A stretch of 63,527 nucleotides of DNA, the filler included, from Choristocarpus tenellus KU-1152 (taxonomy: Eukaryota; Protista; Phaeophyceae), in assembly GCA_964200185.2 (NCBI GenBank). It is 10 parts of 10 records of this genome, joined end to end, with 100 filler letters (N's around TTAATTAATTAA, not from the genome) between each part and the next. Parts side by side here need not be neighbours in the genome. Positions count along the whole stretch, not along the records: positions 1 to 23,300 come from CAXNAD020000252.1; 9 more parts are not named here. One strand, given 5' to 3'. The position numbers were made by a program, and so were the translations under genes. This document shows positions 1 to 11,900 of this stretch, in pieces; positions within the stretch are counted from its first letter, which is position 1; every line of letters begins with the position of its first letter. The notes beneath the pieces are model-generated. The model worked only from the letters and a program-made list of their open reading frames with translations, was not told the origin of the DNA and searched no databases.

Positions 1-373
1 CCCCCCTTCAAGATGTGTCATCACCAAACAGTATCACCACGAAATCTCAATTGGGTACACAAAAGAGTCAAGACAGAAACTGCGCCAGAAATTTCTCCAC
101 CAATAGTTGGAGGAACTATTTTATACAAATTAAAAAAAAAAAATCGATTATTCCAGGGTATACAATAGAACCACAGTAGCAGTTTTTGCTGGGCCCCAAC
201 CCTAGATCGGAGATCAGTTGTTATGATGGAATGATATAGAATGCTGATGTTACAAGCAAAACCTACCATACCATTGTCAGTTTCTCTCAAAGTCATACCC
301 TAACCCTAACTCAATCTCCTCTCTATTTTCTACCTCAAATTACACACACCAAATCAACACAAACATTGTGCAA

Positions 374-597
374 GCCCTAAAAATATATATGTAATGTTAC
401 TACTACCTACTACCACACTTACTGACAAAGAAAAGGCACTAGCCCTAACCCTAACCCTAACTCAGTATATATTATGTTATTACTACCTACTACCACACTT
501 ACTGACAAAAAAAAGACCCTAACCCTAACCCTAACCCTAACCAAAAGTATATACGATGTTACTACTACCTACTACCACACTTACTAACAAAAAAATC
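374..597 (+). repeat. Composite minisatellite (~75 bp, 3 copies) with variable CCCTAA tracts between units
   Basis: ATGTTA(C/T)TACTACCTACTACCACACTTACT(G/A)ACAAA occurs three times, preceded by 1, 3 and 4 CCCTAA units. Confidence 0.9.
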
Positions 598-827
598 CAC
601 TGTTCAACACAACCACTGCAAAATCACAAGAAAAAAGTTCATTCCGAAAAGCAAAAAATAAATAAATAAATAAATATATATAAATAAATATATCTTTGAA
701 GCCAGTGTGAGCACCTATGTACCACCACATGCGTTGCTGCTCAAGTCAAGATACACAGTACAATATTGTGGAGAGTCTTGCTCATACCACGCCTTCCCAA
801 TATCAACGAAATCCTTCCTCTACTCAC

Positions 828-3800
828 ACGATCAGCTTCACAGACCCCTGCTCCAGTTCTGAGGGCAGCAAACGGAAATTTTGTACCAAAAACGTGGTAT
901 GGTCCACAGCATCTAGCCCTAACCTTGATGCCAATCTCGACCTTGTTGTTTCAATTGCCGTTTCCTGTGGATGTATTCCCTGAGCCCCACACCAAAGCCC
1001 CCCAAAACAAGGCCAACAAGGCAAAGAAAAAAAAACAAGCCAATCTCGACCTTGTTGTTTCAATTGCCGTTTCCTGTGGATGTATTCCCCCCCCCCACCC
1101 CCCCCAGGAAAATAGGTAAAGTTAGTGGAAAAAATACAACAATCGCTGTCCCCAACACTCTTCAGAATGTTGGCTGTGTAACTCATTATCCACTGCTCGA
1201 AACCAAAGATGCTGGGGGATCAAATCTTACCTGGACCACTTTCCCGACTCCCTAACCCTAACCCTAACTTCTTAACTCTAACCCTAGAGAGAGAGAGAGG
1301 ACAAGTGGTATAGGAGGGGGGGGCTGGGGTACAGGTTCAATGGGAAACGTCAAGATTGAGATTGACTACTTCGGGAAAGTGTGCGATTGGTGGGGTGATG
1401 GCCCACAGAAAATGCTGAGAAATTTCCCAGCTTCTGATTTTGTCAAAACATTGAGATAACAATGTCTGCCCTGGTGGAACAGGTGTACCAAGCATCTCAG
1501 CTGTTGATGTTTGGTATAGAGAAGGAGGCATGCATGTAGGATGGTGTCAAGAATGGTATTTGAGTGCTTGCTGAAAGATGGAGGAGTTGAGTGTACATGG
1601 GTAGTACTACAGAATACTATCAGGCGTTGGCAGATTACGGGTGTAGTGCACTCTAGAGTGATGTACCAGTAGGGTTAGGGCTAGGCAGTTACCCATTTTC
1701 TGAACTAAGGGATGAAGGGTTCATCCACATTGGTTTGAAAGATACCAATGAGAGATATTGTGTGTGTACCAATGGTAATACCACGTGGAGGTGGTCTTCC
1801 AGCCCCCCCCCACTGCCCTCACAAGTGCAACAGAATGGAAATGTTCACTCTCAATTGTATGTGTCAAGACGAATGCAATGGCAGCAACACTGCACAAGAT
1901 TTACCACATCCTCAGCACTGTATATCTCCCATAATAACAAAGGAAATGGGGATATCTTCAAGGATCGATCCAACAAGAAAGCTAACCCTAACCCTAACCC
2001 TAACCCTAATGTCTATTCTCATTCACTTGCACAAATGTTGCTGCAAACCCGATCCCCATTTAACAAGCCCTTTTGAGTCCTCAAAAAACAACCAGGTAAT
2101 GAGGGTTAGGGTTAGGGTTAGAGTTTCACCACGTCACGTCTTACTCAACACTCTGGTTCTCATGGAAGATACTCTAGCTTGCCCCTCAAGATTGTCTGGT
2201 CATGAGTCATATCTCTTCAAGAGATCAGGACACAAAAGAAAGCAGTGTAGACCTTGACCAATCATGGACGATACAAAAGAAAGCAGTGTAGACCTTGACC
2301 AATCATGGACGCCTCTTCCCCCCCATCACCAAAAAAAACAAACTGCAACGAATCTTATTAGATTCTTAAGTTGCTTCCTGCCAAGGTTTGGTCTTGGGAA
2401 CTACCTAGTTGAACCAACAGGATGCGGTCATCCTACATCATTCATAGATCCTAAAGGAGCATTTGATCGATTCTTCCTGTTTCGTATCCAGGGTTAGGGT
2501 TAGGGTGAAGATACGGATAAATGTATTTCTCTGTCATTGGAGGGGAGAGCAGATTGTGGGTATCATCCCTAAAACCTACATGCTCACACAGCCCCAAAAA
2601 ACAAAGTTATTAATGATCAAGTTTTAATAGCTTGAAATTTCAAAGGATTATCGTTTTCTACTTGGAAAATATCAACAGTGGGGGGGGGGGGGGGATAGGG
2701 TTAGGGCTCGCAATCTAGACCATCCTCTGGGTTAGGGTTAGGGCTGTTGCTGCAAATAGTCCTCTAAATAGTCCTCTTTATTTCATGTCAGCTGATCCTC
2801 AATCCTCGCTATTGTCTCTTGCTGCATATGGTCAACCCTAACCCTAGTCAGAGGGCAATGACGTTTAACCCTAACCCTAACCCTAACCTGCTTATCAATG
2901 CAGTACATCTTCCCCATGCCCTCAGACAACCCAACCAACTTCCCCAACTCCACGCTGTCAAAGCCGTTGCCGGCGGTGCAATCGACCACTGTGTCTCCTG
3001 GTGAAGCAATCTCCTTCCTGTTGACAAGACGATATGGCGTATGTATTATTATGTGTATATACGTATGTTATGTGTATGTATATATATATGCATATATTAT
3101 GTGTATATATGTAATATGTATATATGTATTATGTGTATGTAAGGGGACAAGAAAAAAAACAAAAACTTGCCTGTGCACATTGAAGTGCTCCATTGAAAGA
3201 ACAGAGCCCAGTCACCTCTGTTCGGAAAGAGATTTAGTGACAAAGCCATAATCCTTGTAGAGGGAAGGGGGCAATGCATCTCTTGAGAGGGGGCTACAGA
3301 GGTTAGGGTTAGGGTTAGGGTGCAGTTCCATTCGAAGATTATCTATCGATAGATATGTCCACATCAATCTACAGTCTACTTTGGTTCAAAGTATGTTCTA
3401 TGTCTGAGGGTGGACATTGCTCTGCCGTAACTTGGTATGTAACCAGTAGAATAAAAAAAAAACTTGGCAGTGGTTAGGGTTAAGGGTTTTGTTTATTGCC
3501 TCAGGGTTAGGGATAGAGGATACCCGTGGTTGACAAAGTGGTTCAATGGAGGCAATATAGACACTCTCAACGATTAAGAAAAGGCAATCAGGTCAATAAA
3601 AAAATAACTGGAAAAAACAAAGAATAAGAAAAAAAGTAAGGTAATAAAATAAAATAAAATAAATTAAAACAGAAATAAAAACAAAACCTTCACGGGAGAA
3701 AAGCACCATTACCCCCCCCCAAAAAAAGAAAGTGAACTATGGATGCAAAATATATCCGTCTGAAGAGAAAAGACTACAAGCAGGCAGCAATGGTGGTGAT

Positions 3801-5558
3801 GGTGGTGGCGATGGCTTGGACAGACCTATGTGTTGCTCCGGTGTAACGCACATGAGTTATCACACCTTACCTTGGAATGACATTTTGCCAACTTAGGGTT
3901 AGGGGAGGAATTGAGGTTGGTGTGCTGTCTGTCACACTCATTAACACTTAGGATTTTAGGGTTAGTGACCCTGGTACTCCAACTCTCAACCCTAATCCTA
4001 ATCTTGTCCTGTTGTACAGGGATTTTTCACACTTTTAGTTTTATTGTATCATGATAGCTCCATTGAAGGGTTAGGGTTAGGGTTAGGGTTAGGGTTAGGG
4101 TTAGGGTTAGGGTTAGGGTTAAACAATGTCCAAAAAAGGACGCTGACAAATATATGCAAAATTCGGATTTTATTTTACGGATGCGTGTAGTATATTTTCT
4201 GAATTCTGCCAAAAGGTCTCCAACAATAGAGAAATCAACATTCTCAAGTCAAACTTAGCTCTTCATGGATACAGTTACAGGTTAATTGCAAAAGAATGAA
4301 AAACTGGCTTAAAATGCCGAACAGCCAAAGACTGTGAATCTCTCGTTATTTTGGCTCACTGCAGATAATCCTACGTGACATACAGCATTTGATTATCCTC
4401 TTACCATAGGAGATGAGCTAGCTGCACTGGTGCTGACAGGGGTGATGTCTGGTGCACCTGGTTGGGTATCTCTCCCTGACCAGAGGTCGAAGATTTCTTC
4501 TCACGTATTTCTCCCATGCCCGTATCTCCTACGACTACTCGGTCCTCTGAACACGAGGGTCTTAAGTCTTCCAATGTCTTTGCAGAGTTTTCACCCACGC
4601 CTTGTTCTTTTTTTTTTAAAGGGAGGGAAGTCGAGGAAGTTGAGGTTGAAGTGGTTGGAGAGGAGCTGCTCTGGAGGGTGAGGGCTCTTGCCAGCGTCTG
4701 AACCTCTCTTCGGAGGTAGTCACCGTCATCCTGGTCATCCGTTGGACCAGACTCCATATTTGGCGATGAGGACTCTCCTCCATGCATAGAACTCAGAGCT
4801 GCACTCATAGAAGCGCGCGCAGAGCTGATCACCAGGCGCTGTTGGTGGCGTAGATGTCGTGCACGGTCAAGTCTTGGGTGAGACGATGAATCAACTATCT
4901 GACCGAGGGAGGTCTTGTACGCTTGCATAGATTGGGCGTGATCTCTGTGGAGTTGAGGGAATTCGGTAGCTCTGATCAACATAAATATGCGGAGATATGC
5001 ACTAGAGCCTTTCTGAACAGCACCACGTAACCTGGAAGCTCACATACAACCAATGTACTGCCTCAATCGTGTTGGTATCGTATCAGTCAAGATAGCTCGG
5101 ACATACAAGACAATTTCGTGTCTCTGACCACATACCTGACGAGCAACTAACTCATTCTGGGAATCTTGGTCATCGAAACTACTGGCCGAGATACTCGCTC
5201 GCATCCGCAGGGCATCCATTGCCGCTCTGGCAGATACACGAGCAGCGTTTGAGGCAAACACCGCCCCCTTAGACTCAGCTTCTTGAGCCGCCAGGCTCGC
5301 GGAGTCCAGCACATCCTGCAATGTTTCCAACGCCCTGTCTCGAGCTGTCGAGGATAAATCGTCCGTATTGCAGGAAGAGGCATCGGCTTCACTATAGCGA
5401 CGGGTCGAGTGGTGGGAGTTGAAGTAGGTCCAGGTTGTACAGGGCGACGCACGCCATAGGAGCCCAGTGATGGGGACAGGAGATCTCAGCAGCCCGAGTA
5501 CAATGATATGGAGCACACCTCGCTGCCTATCGAGAAATCGACTACTGACGGTAAGCAT
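828..5558 (-). CDS. MnmM/YtqB-family SAM-dependent methyltransferase (putative tRNA mnm5s2U34 methyltransferase), multi-exon, 3' end not in window
   Basis: Phase-consistent GT-AG exons 5558-5136, 5012-4405, 3017-2888 and 964-828 give ...VQLAHLLW|KEIASPGDTVVDCTAGNGFDSVELGKLVG...GKMYCIDKQ|ETAIETTRSRL...GSVKLIV. This matches the YtqB/MnmM pattern AH..W...GDTVVDAT.GNG.D..L..LVG..GKVYAFDIQ..AI..T..RL. The expected FNLGYLPG exon was not found before the contig start. Confidence 0.8.
930..1089 (+). repeat. 51-bp perfect direct duplication (930-980 and 1039-1089) covering a splice acceptor and exon start
   Basis: GCCAATCTCGACCTTGTTGTTTCAATTGCCGTTTCCTGTGGATGTATTCCC appears twice, 109 bp apart. Confidence 0.95.
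4067..4120 (+). repeat. Longest perfect interstitial telomeric tract, (AGGGTT)9
   Basis: 54 bp perfect array inside intron 2 of the MnmM-like gene. Confidence 0.97.
4135..4318 (-). mobile_element. Dispersed repeat family A, copy 1 (probable non-autonomous element remnant)
   Basis: The reverse complement (CATTTTAAGCCA...ATGAAG...GATTTCTCTATTG...CAGAATTCAGAAAA...ATATTTGTCAGCGTCCT) aligns by eye with 37877-38065 and 35765-35930. Confidence 0.7.
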
Positions 5559-5911
5559 CTTCCCACCTCTCCTTTCGATTTTGAGTATGACCTTCGTTAT
5601 TGATTGTACAAACTCAAACTTGAAACTTGGCTTTATTGGAAATTTTCTCGAACATGGAAGGCATTCCAAAGTCGTCTAACAGCTTCTCCCTGCCGTTGAC
5701 CAATTTGTACATTCAACAAATATGAGATAATAATAACTGTAATTCTCAGATCAAGGGTCAGACACCTATCTAAGACGCCGAGAAAGAAACAAAAGTTGAG
5801 GTCGACCTATCCGTGGTCGTGTGTGATATGCCAAGGGTATGGATAAAGGGAAAGGGAGAAAGACGCGGTGATGGCAACGAGAAGGGACGAGGAGGAGTCG
5901 CATCTGTTGAC

Positions 5912-8900
5912 ATGGGACTGTCCAATCCCTTGCAATTTGGGTGTCAAGTTTCTAGAACTACTCCAATGAAGACTCCATCCAAGGAGGTTATTGGTGGATA
6001 TACCCCGTCATCGGCAAAGCTTGGTGGTTCAAAAAATTTGGTCAGACACGTCGACCATGATAATATGGAAAAGCACGCCGGTAAGGAAGAATCTATGTTG
6101 AGGCAGAATCCTGTGGGCCCCAGTGCTGGTCGCAGGTGGTGCAGTTCGAAAGGTAGCAATGGACTTGGAACTATATCAAGGGATGAGGTTTCCATGCAGA
6201 TGACATCGATGACCCCAGGATGCCCAAGAGGCGCGCCTGCAGACGAGGTAATGGCGTTCGCAAGGACACCCAAGATCAAAAGAACACCCCCACCTGTCCA
6301 ATCGACAAGTGAAGAGCGTGATTCGACACACCAAGTTGGTGCAGTCGCGATTTTGTCGAGATCCTCAATGCAAACAGCAGCAGCAGACGGCGAGCTCGCA
6401 GCGTTAGCTAGGACACCCAAGATTAGGCGGACACCTCCAGGTGTAGCGCCCCAAGCCCAATCCACCAACAATGAGGGATATTCGACACACCAAGTTGGCA
6501 CAGTCCCGAGTTTGTCGAGTCCCTCAATGCAAACAGCAGCAGCAGAAGGCGAGCTCGCAGCGTTCGCTAGGACACCCAAGATCAGGCGAACACCTCCAGG
6601 TGTAACACCCCAAGCCCAATCCACCAACAATGAGGGGTATTCGACACACCAAGTTGGTACAGTCCCGAGTTTGTCGAGCCCCTCAATGCAAACAGCAGCA
6701 GCAGAGGGCGAGCTCGCAGCGTTCGCTAGGACACCCAAGATCAGGCGAACACCTCCAGGTGTAACACCTCAAGCCACTGTTAACAATGCGATCGACATTG
6801 GCATGGGAAAAGAAGGATTGCAGGGGAAGGATTTGAACACTCGAGGTAATGAAGGACTAATGGGAGGTGAGACCAATAAACCAGACGCCCTTGGTAAACC
6901 ATCTATCCAAACAGGAACGGGTTCTCAAGCAGAATCAGAGTCATCACCAACGCCCCATATGGCGGCCAGGGAAGCCAGCGAACAGCCCAAGGAGGAGCGA
7001 GGGCGAGCGTTAGGGATGCCCCCAAGGGTTTCGGCTGTGGCGGCCTCTTTGAGGAGCCCTCATAACAACCTTTCACCAGTCAAGTTGCAAAAGGTACGGG
7101 CACCGCTGCAAGTCTTGGGGACCGGGAAGGAGCCGTTCATTGGAAGTGTGAACACCCTTCCTTTGCGAAAAGGAAAAGGCAAAGAAGGGGATGAAAGAAG
7201 GCAAAGACAGCCAGAGGTTCTACTACCATCTTCAGGTACCCTCACACCAGCTGAATTCCAGGGAGTGGCTGCAGTGATGCGAACGCCATCCTCCCTCTGT
7301 GCAACTGACCGACCAGGAGAGGTGGAAGGTATCTTGGTGTCAGGGCGTGAACAGCGACAAAAGGTGAGCGGCGGTAACCTCCTTCTGTTCCACTTTGCCC
7401 TGGAATCTCCTACTGGTAGGATTTAGTGAAGGCCAAAAACACTTCTGATGAATGAGTGAACCCTTTTTGTGATAAATAGCTGCTGTCAAGGAATGTATGT
7501 GATCAACATTTCCATCACGTACATGTTGTTATTTCCTTTTCTGTTCCTGGCCTCACCATGTTCCTCTCAGCGTGGACAATACCCACAGCACATGTTTCTG
7601 AATCCTCTGCCCGAATCCGAAAATTGTAGCCTTCAAAAGCAGGTTGTGCAGCTCCTAGGATACACAAGCTGACCCAAGAAACTCCCTGGCAATCCCACAC
7701 AATGAGGGGAGGGGGGGAACAATCCAGTGTAGCCGTGGTACATCTGAATCGCAGCAAGAGCCCACCTTCAGCTGCACAACATCTTGCAAGTGAATCATCT
7801 GCTGTGGAGGGTCAGACTAGGTCGCTGTCCCTGGTCGATCCCACGGGTGGAAGTATGCATAAAGGAACAGGATTGGGTGAAGCTCCCAACTGTGTGCAGC
7901 CTATAGTGGAGAGTGTACACGAGTCTACGGAGAGCAACAAATCGGCCAATAAAAGCAGGATTCTGTTTGAGGGTGAACAAATTGATGCGTCGACTGTGAG
8001 AGATACCACTAAAGCTTTGCCTTCGGCTGAGAAGGAGTTGCAACTGCGGAAGGTGCAGGCTGCGGTTATGAGGCAGGATGAAGAACTAAAGCTGAAGCCG
8101 AAAGACATTTCTGAGACGACTACATCCTCTCACCGAGGTACTGAGGGGGTTTCCGATCCTGTTGGCCTTCTCCGTCATGCTGTCGTTACAGATGATGCCA
8201 CTGCTGCCACCAGGGAGACGGCGCTATCTGAGCTCTGTGAGTCAGAAGCAGGCGGTTACAACTTCCACTTGCCACCAGAGCAAGGGTTGATTGCGGAGTC
8301 TCCTGAAGAGGAGAGAGGACAAGTCAATGGTGTTACTCAGGAACCTGGTACTAGGCTTTTTAGTGAGTCTCCTTCTGCCGTGGATGTTCTCAGCAGCGAT
8401 GTTGCCATGCCAATGCCAGGCGACCCCTTCTTGCCGGCAAACAGGTTGGACCGGACTCCGCCCCAGAAGCATGGGACTGATCCTGTAGCATCGATGTCCA
8501 CCCTGAAGCCTCCTACGGTGCCTAGTGAATGCCTCCTTGGTTCATCAGGGCTAGGGCTCAAAGCGACATGCTTGAGCGACCTCACTACTGCAGGCCCTAA
8601 GCCCATCAGCAGTGGACATTGCGACGTTGATGGCAAGTTGGGGTCGGGAGACAAGGAGTCCTCTTCACCCTCAACTATCCCCTCCTCTTCAGTCTCAACT
8701 ATCCCCTCCGCTGGAGTGGTGAAGGAGAAACAAACACATCATCGAGGGGAACGTAACACTGAGAGATTTGGCTTCAATCGTAGGAGGGTCTATTGTTCCA
8801 AGAAGGGGCCAGTCCAAGCCAAGAGCGTATGTCGAGCTCGCCACTCTATTCCCAAGCAGGCAGTCGTTGCTGCGGGCACGTCCATGGCAAGGCCCATTGA

Positions 8901-11900
8901 CACGGTCAGTGCTGTGTCTGGGGCGGTCTCTCCGGACAAAGAGGAGAACTATCATGATCCTCGCTCCGAGGAGCAGGAGCATCTTGAGGGAAATCCTTTC
9001 ACTAGAGCTGACAAGCTGGCTCGAACGCCCCCATTGGAGGAGCGGTCTTATGTGGTGGAGCGAGGGTATCGATCAAGCTCTGAATTGGTTGATGATGTCA
9101 CTGACCTTGGGACAGGCAAGGCACAGTCGGGGGGGGGCAGATGTGGGGAGAGGGGGGAAGATGGGAAGGAACGTTTGTTTGTGAGGGAGCTGCGGCGAGA
9201 GGTGGCAAGTATGGCAGATCGGCTAGCCAAGCAGACCCGGGAGAGAGAAATGTGAGAACGTTGATGGCATGTGGTGTATGCCTTGGGGAGCTTACTTTAG
9301 TCTCTTGTTTTTGTAGGAGTTAGGGTGGGTAGGACTGTAGTTGGCTGTGGCGAGCTGACGCTGATGCGTCATGTTGTCACTCTCTACGCTCTGATTGAAT
9401 ACCATTGTTGATTGGTTTGTGGTAGGGGGTTAGGGTTAGGGTTGGGGTTAAGGTTTGTGTTAGGGTTAGGGTTAGGGTTGAGGACACGCGGCAGGTATAT
9501 CGGTTTGTGTTAAGGTTAGGGTTTAGGGAATGGAATGGCATGAATCTCGCGTTATCGTGGAAAGGTTGCACTTGTTGAGGTTAGGGTTAGGGTTAGGGTT
9601 AGGTTGGATGTGATACCAGGTGTAAGTAAGACAAGACTAATTCCTTACAACAGCAAAGGTGCTCTTTTTTCTTTTTTGTACACATTTAAAAAATATTAAT
9701 AATAAAAAAGAGAATCGATCTTTCTATTGCTGTGGAATTTCATACCCCCAGTCAATGACTGAGAGTGATGTGCTATGTCCCCTTTCCGTTGGCACTACCT
9801 ACCTCCTCCCCCCTCTCTGTTTCATCGATGGCTCTTCTTTGTGTGCATGTGTTGTCTTTTCAGGCTAGCAGATGTGGCATGCCAGGCAGAGGAAAGGGCA
9901 GCTAGGCTACGTGCAGAGGTTGAAGAGATGCAGAATCGTAGAGGAGAAGAGGGTGGGGGGAGGGGGAGGGAGTGTGAAGAGGCGGTGGAGGGAGGGGGAG
10001 GGGGAGGGGGAGGTGAAACATTGTTGTCAAAGCCGCACATGACGCCTTTGCCTCTGAAGCTGAAGAAAATGGAGGTGGAAGTGTGGAGGTGCTTGCAGGA
10101 CAAAGAGGAGGCTGAGGAGGAAGCGGAGAGGGCTTGGAAGGCGGTTAGGGACACGCAGGAAGAGGTGATTTAGGGTTAGGGTAGAGTCTGGATCGCAATT
10201 TTTTGTTTTTTGAGCACATGTTTTTGTTTTTTTTGAAAGCTCAACAGGAGCAGTCTGTTTGAATGGAAATATTTGTATTGATTTTGTAAAAATCTGGCTC
10301 TATTCTGGCTCTATTCTACCAATGTTTTGTTTTGGAAAAGTAGGTCTGATTAGTCCTAAAGGAAACCATTGGCATAGAATGTACAGGAGCTGTTGTCTGA
10401 GATTAGGGTTAGGGTTGGGGTTTTCTATATTTTTTCCCCTGTTTTTATAGTGATGAACAGTCCATGAACAATGTGGTGTGAGGATGCTAGCCCATTAATC
10501 AAAGTGGGGCATCCATGGTCATGACTGATGTTGTCGATGTTTGTTCATCAGGTAAAAAATATGTATGAATGACAGTTACACTTGAGTGACTGTCTATAAT
10601 TCTCAAACCCCCACCTTCAATGTTATGGTGTTGAAAATGATATAATAAAAATAGTAGTAATAATAATAATAGTTGCCTTCCTTAATTAATAATATTACTG
10701 AAGACTAGCCCTAACCCTAACTACCTTATCTTTATTGTCTAACTTGCTTCCGAGTTATGATGATTATTTTGAATACAAAAATAAAATATATAAAAAACAA
10801 AAAATCTTTGAGGACTGATACAACATGTAAACCATAAAAATTATTTAATTGACCACCTTCAGTCATGGCAATAAAAGTTCCTAGACCAATCAATGCAAAG
10901 GTACTAAACATTTATTATAATACTGATATTAATAATATTAATAAAGTCTAGACCAATCAATGCAAAGGTACTAAACATTTACAATAATAATGTTATTAAT
11001 AATATTAATAAAGTCTTAGGCTGTTTTCTTTGTTCACAAATATGTTATTGTTTTCAATAATGAAACAGAGCTGTATGTGTCAGCAATTTTAGAAACAACA
11101 TTGCAATAGGGTTATTGTTGGGACTCCAAACCCTAACCTTACAGAAACAGAGATGTATGTATCAATGATAAATTATAATAATAACTCTAACCCTAACCCT
11201 GTATGTATATATATATATATATTATCGATGATAAATAATAGTAATAGTGGATTGAGGTTAGGGTTAGGGAAAGCACACCGCGTTTCGTAAGTGAAATACA
11301 ACGTTTTTATTTTTATCCTGTGGAATATCAGTGGGGAAATGGTTAGGGTTAGGGTTAATACTGCAATTTTGACTGTAGAATATGAAAAGGTTGAGGGTGT
11401 TGGTGTTGATGTATTTTGATGTCGTTTTGTCCCCCCCCAAAAAACAAACAAACAAAACATTGTCAATGATAGGAATGGATCTCTTGATACCTGTGATGTA
11501 ACTGCTGATTATACCTATAAAATTAAAATAACATGAAAATGTATCATGTAATTAGCTCACTTCTAGGCTTTTACTCTCTGTTGGGATATGTGACTGGAAC
11601 AGAATGATGCTGTCTTGAATATTGAAGTTAAATTGTTTTTTGGTGGGGGTTGGGTTGCTCGTCAAGCCTGTCTTACAGCAACAAGCACCAAATAGTTACT
11701 ATCATTATTATTGTTATTATTATAGGTTAGGGTTAGGGTTGTGCATGTGATTACTCAAGTATATATTTTTTTGTACATACAAGTAGTATGTAAGTATGTA
11801 AGTATTCAATTTCAGTATGTACTATATGCAGTGGTTTGGGGTGTGCAGTGGAATTCTGAGGCATTTTGTGGAGAACTTTAGTAGTGTGTACACAATCTTG

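Noticed and set aside
374-597. Repeat-spacer pattern resembling a CRISPR array
   Set aside because: Eukaryotic intron, the 'spacers' are telomeric or A-rich and related to each other, and no cas genes are present.
1735-2257. ORFs with LTLTLT, PNPNPN, RVRVRV or GLGLGL runs (also 4027-4212, 9377-9571, 21379-21738)
   Set aside because: Translations of intronic telomeric tracts with no recognisable domain.
4067-4120. A true chromosome end or head-to-head telomere fusion
   Set aside because: Only 9 units, one orientation, and inside an intron with phase-consistent exons on both sides.
5944-6738. 264-aa minus-strand repetitive ORF (also 17265-17777, 18061-18627, 56887-57507)
   Set aside because: Antisense shadows of low-complexity coding sequence.
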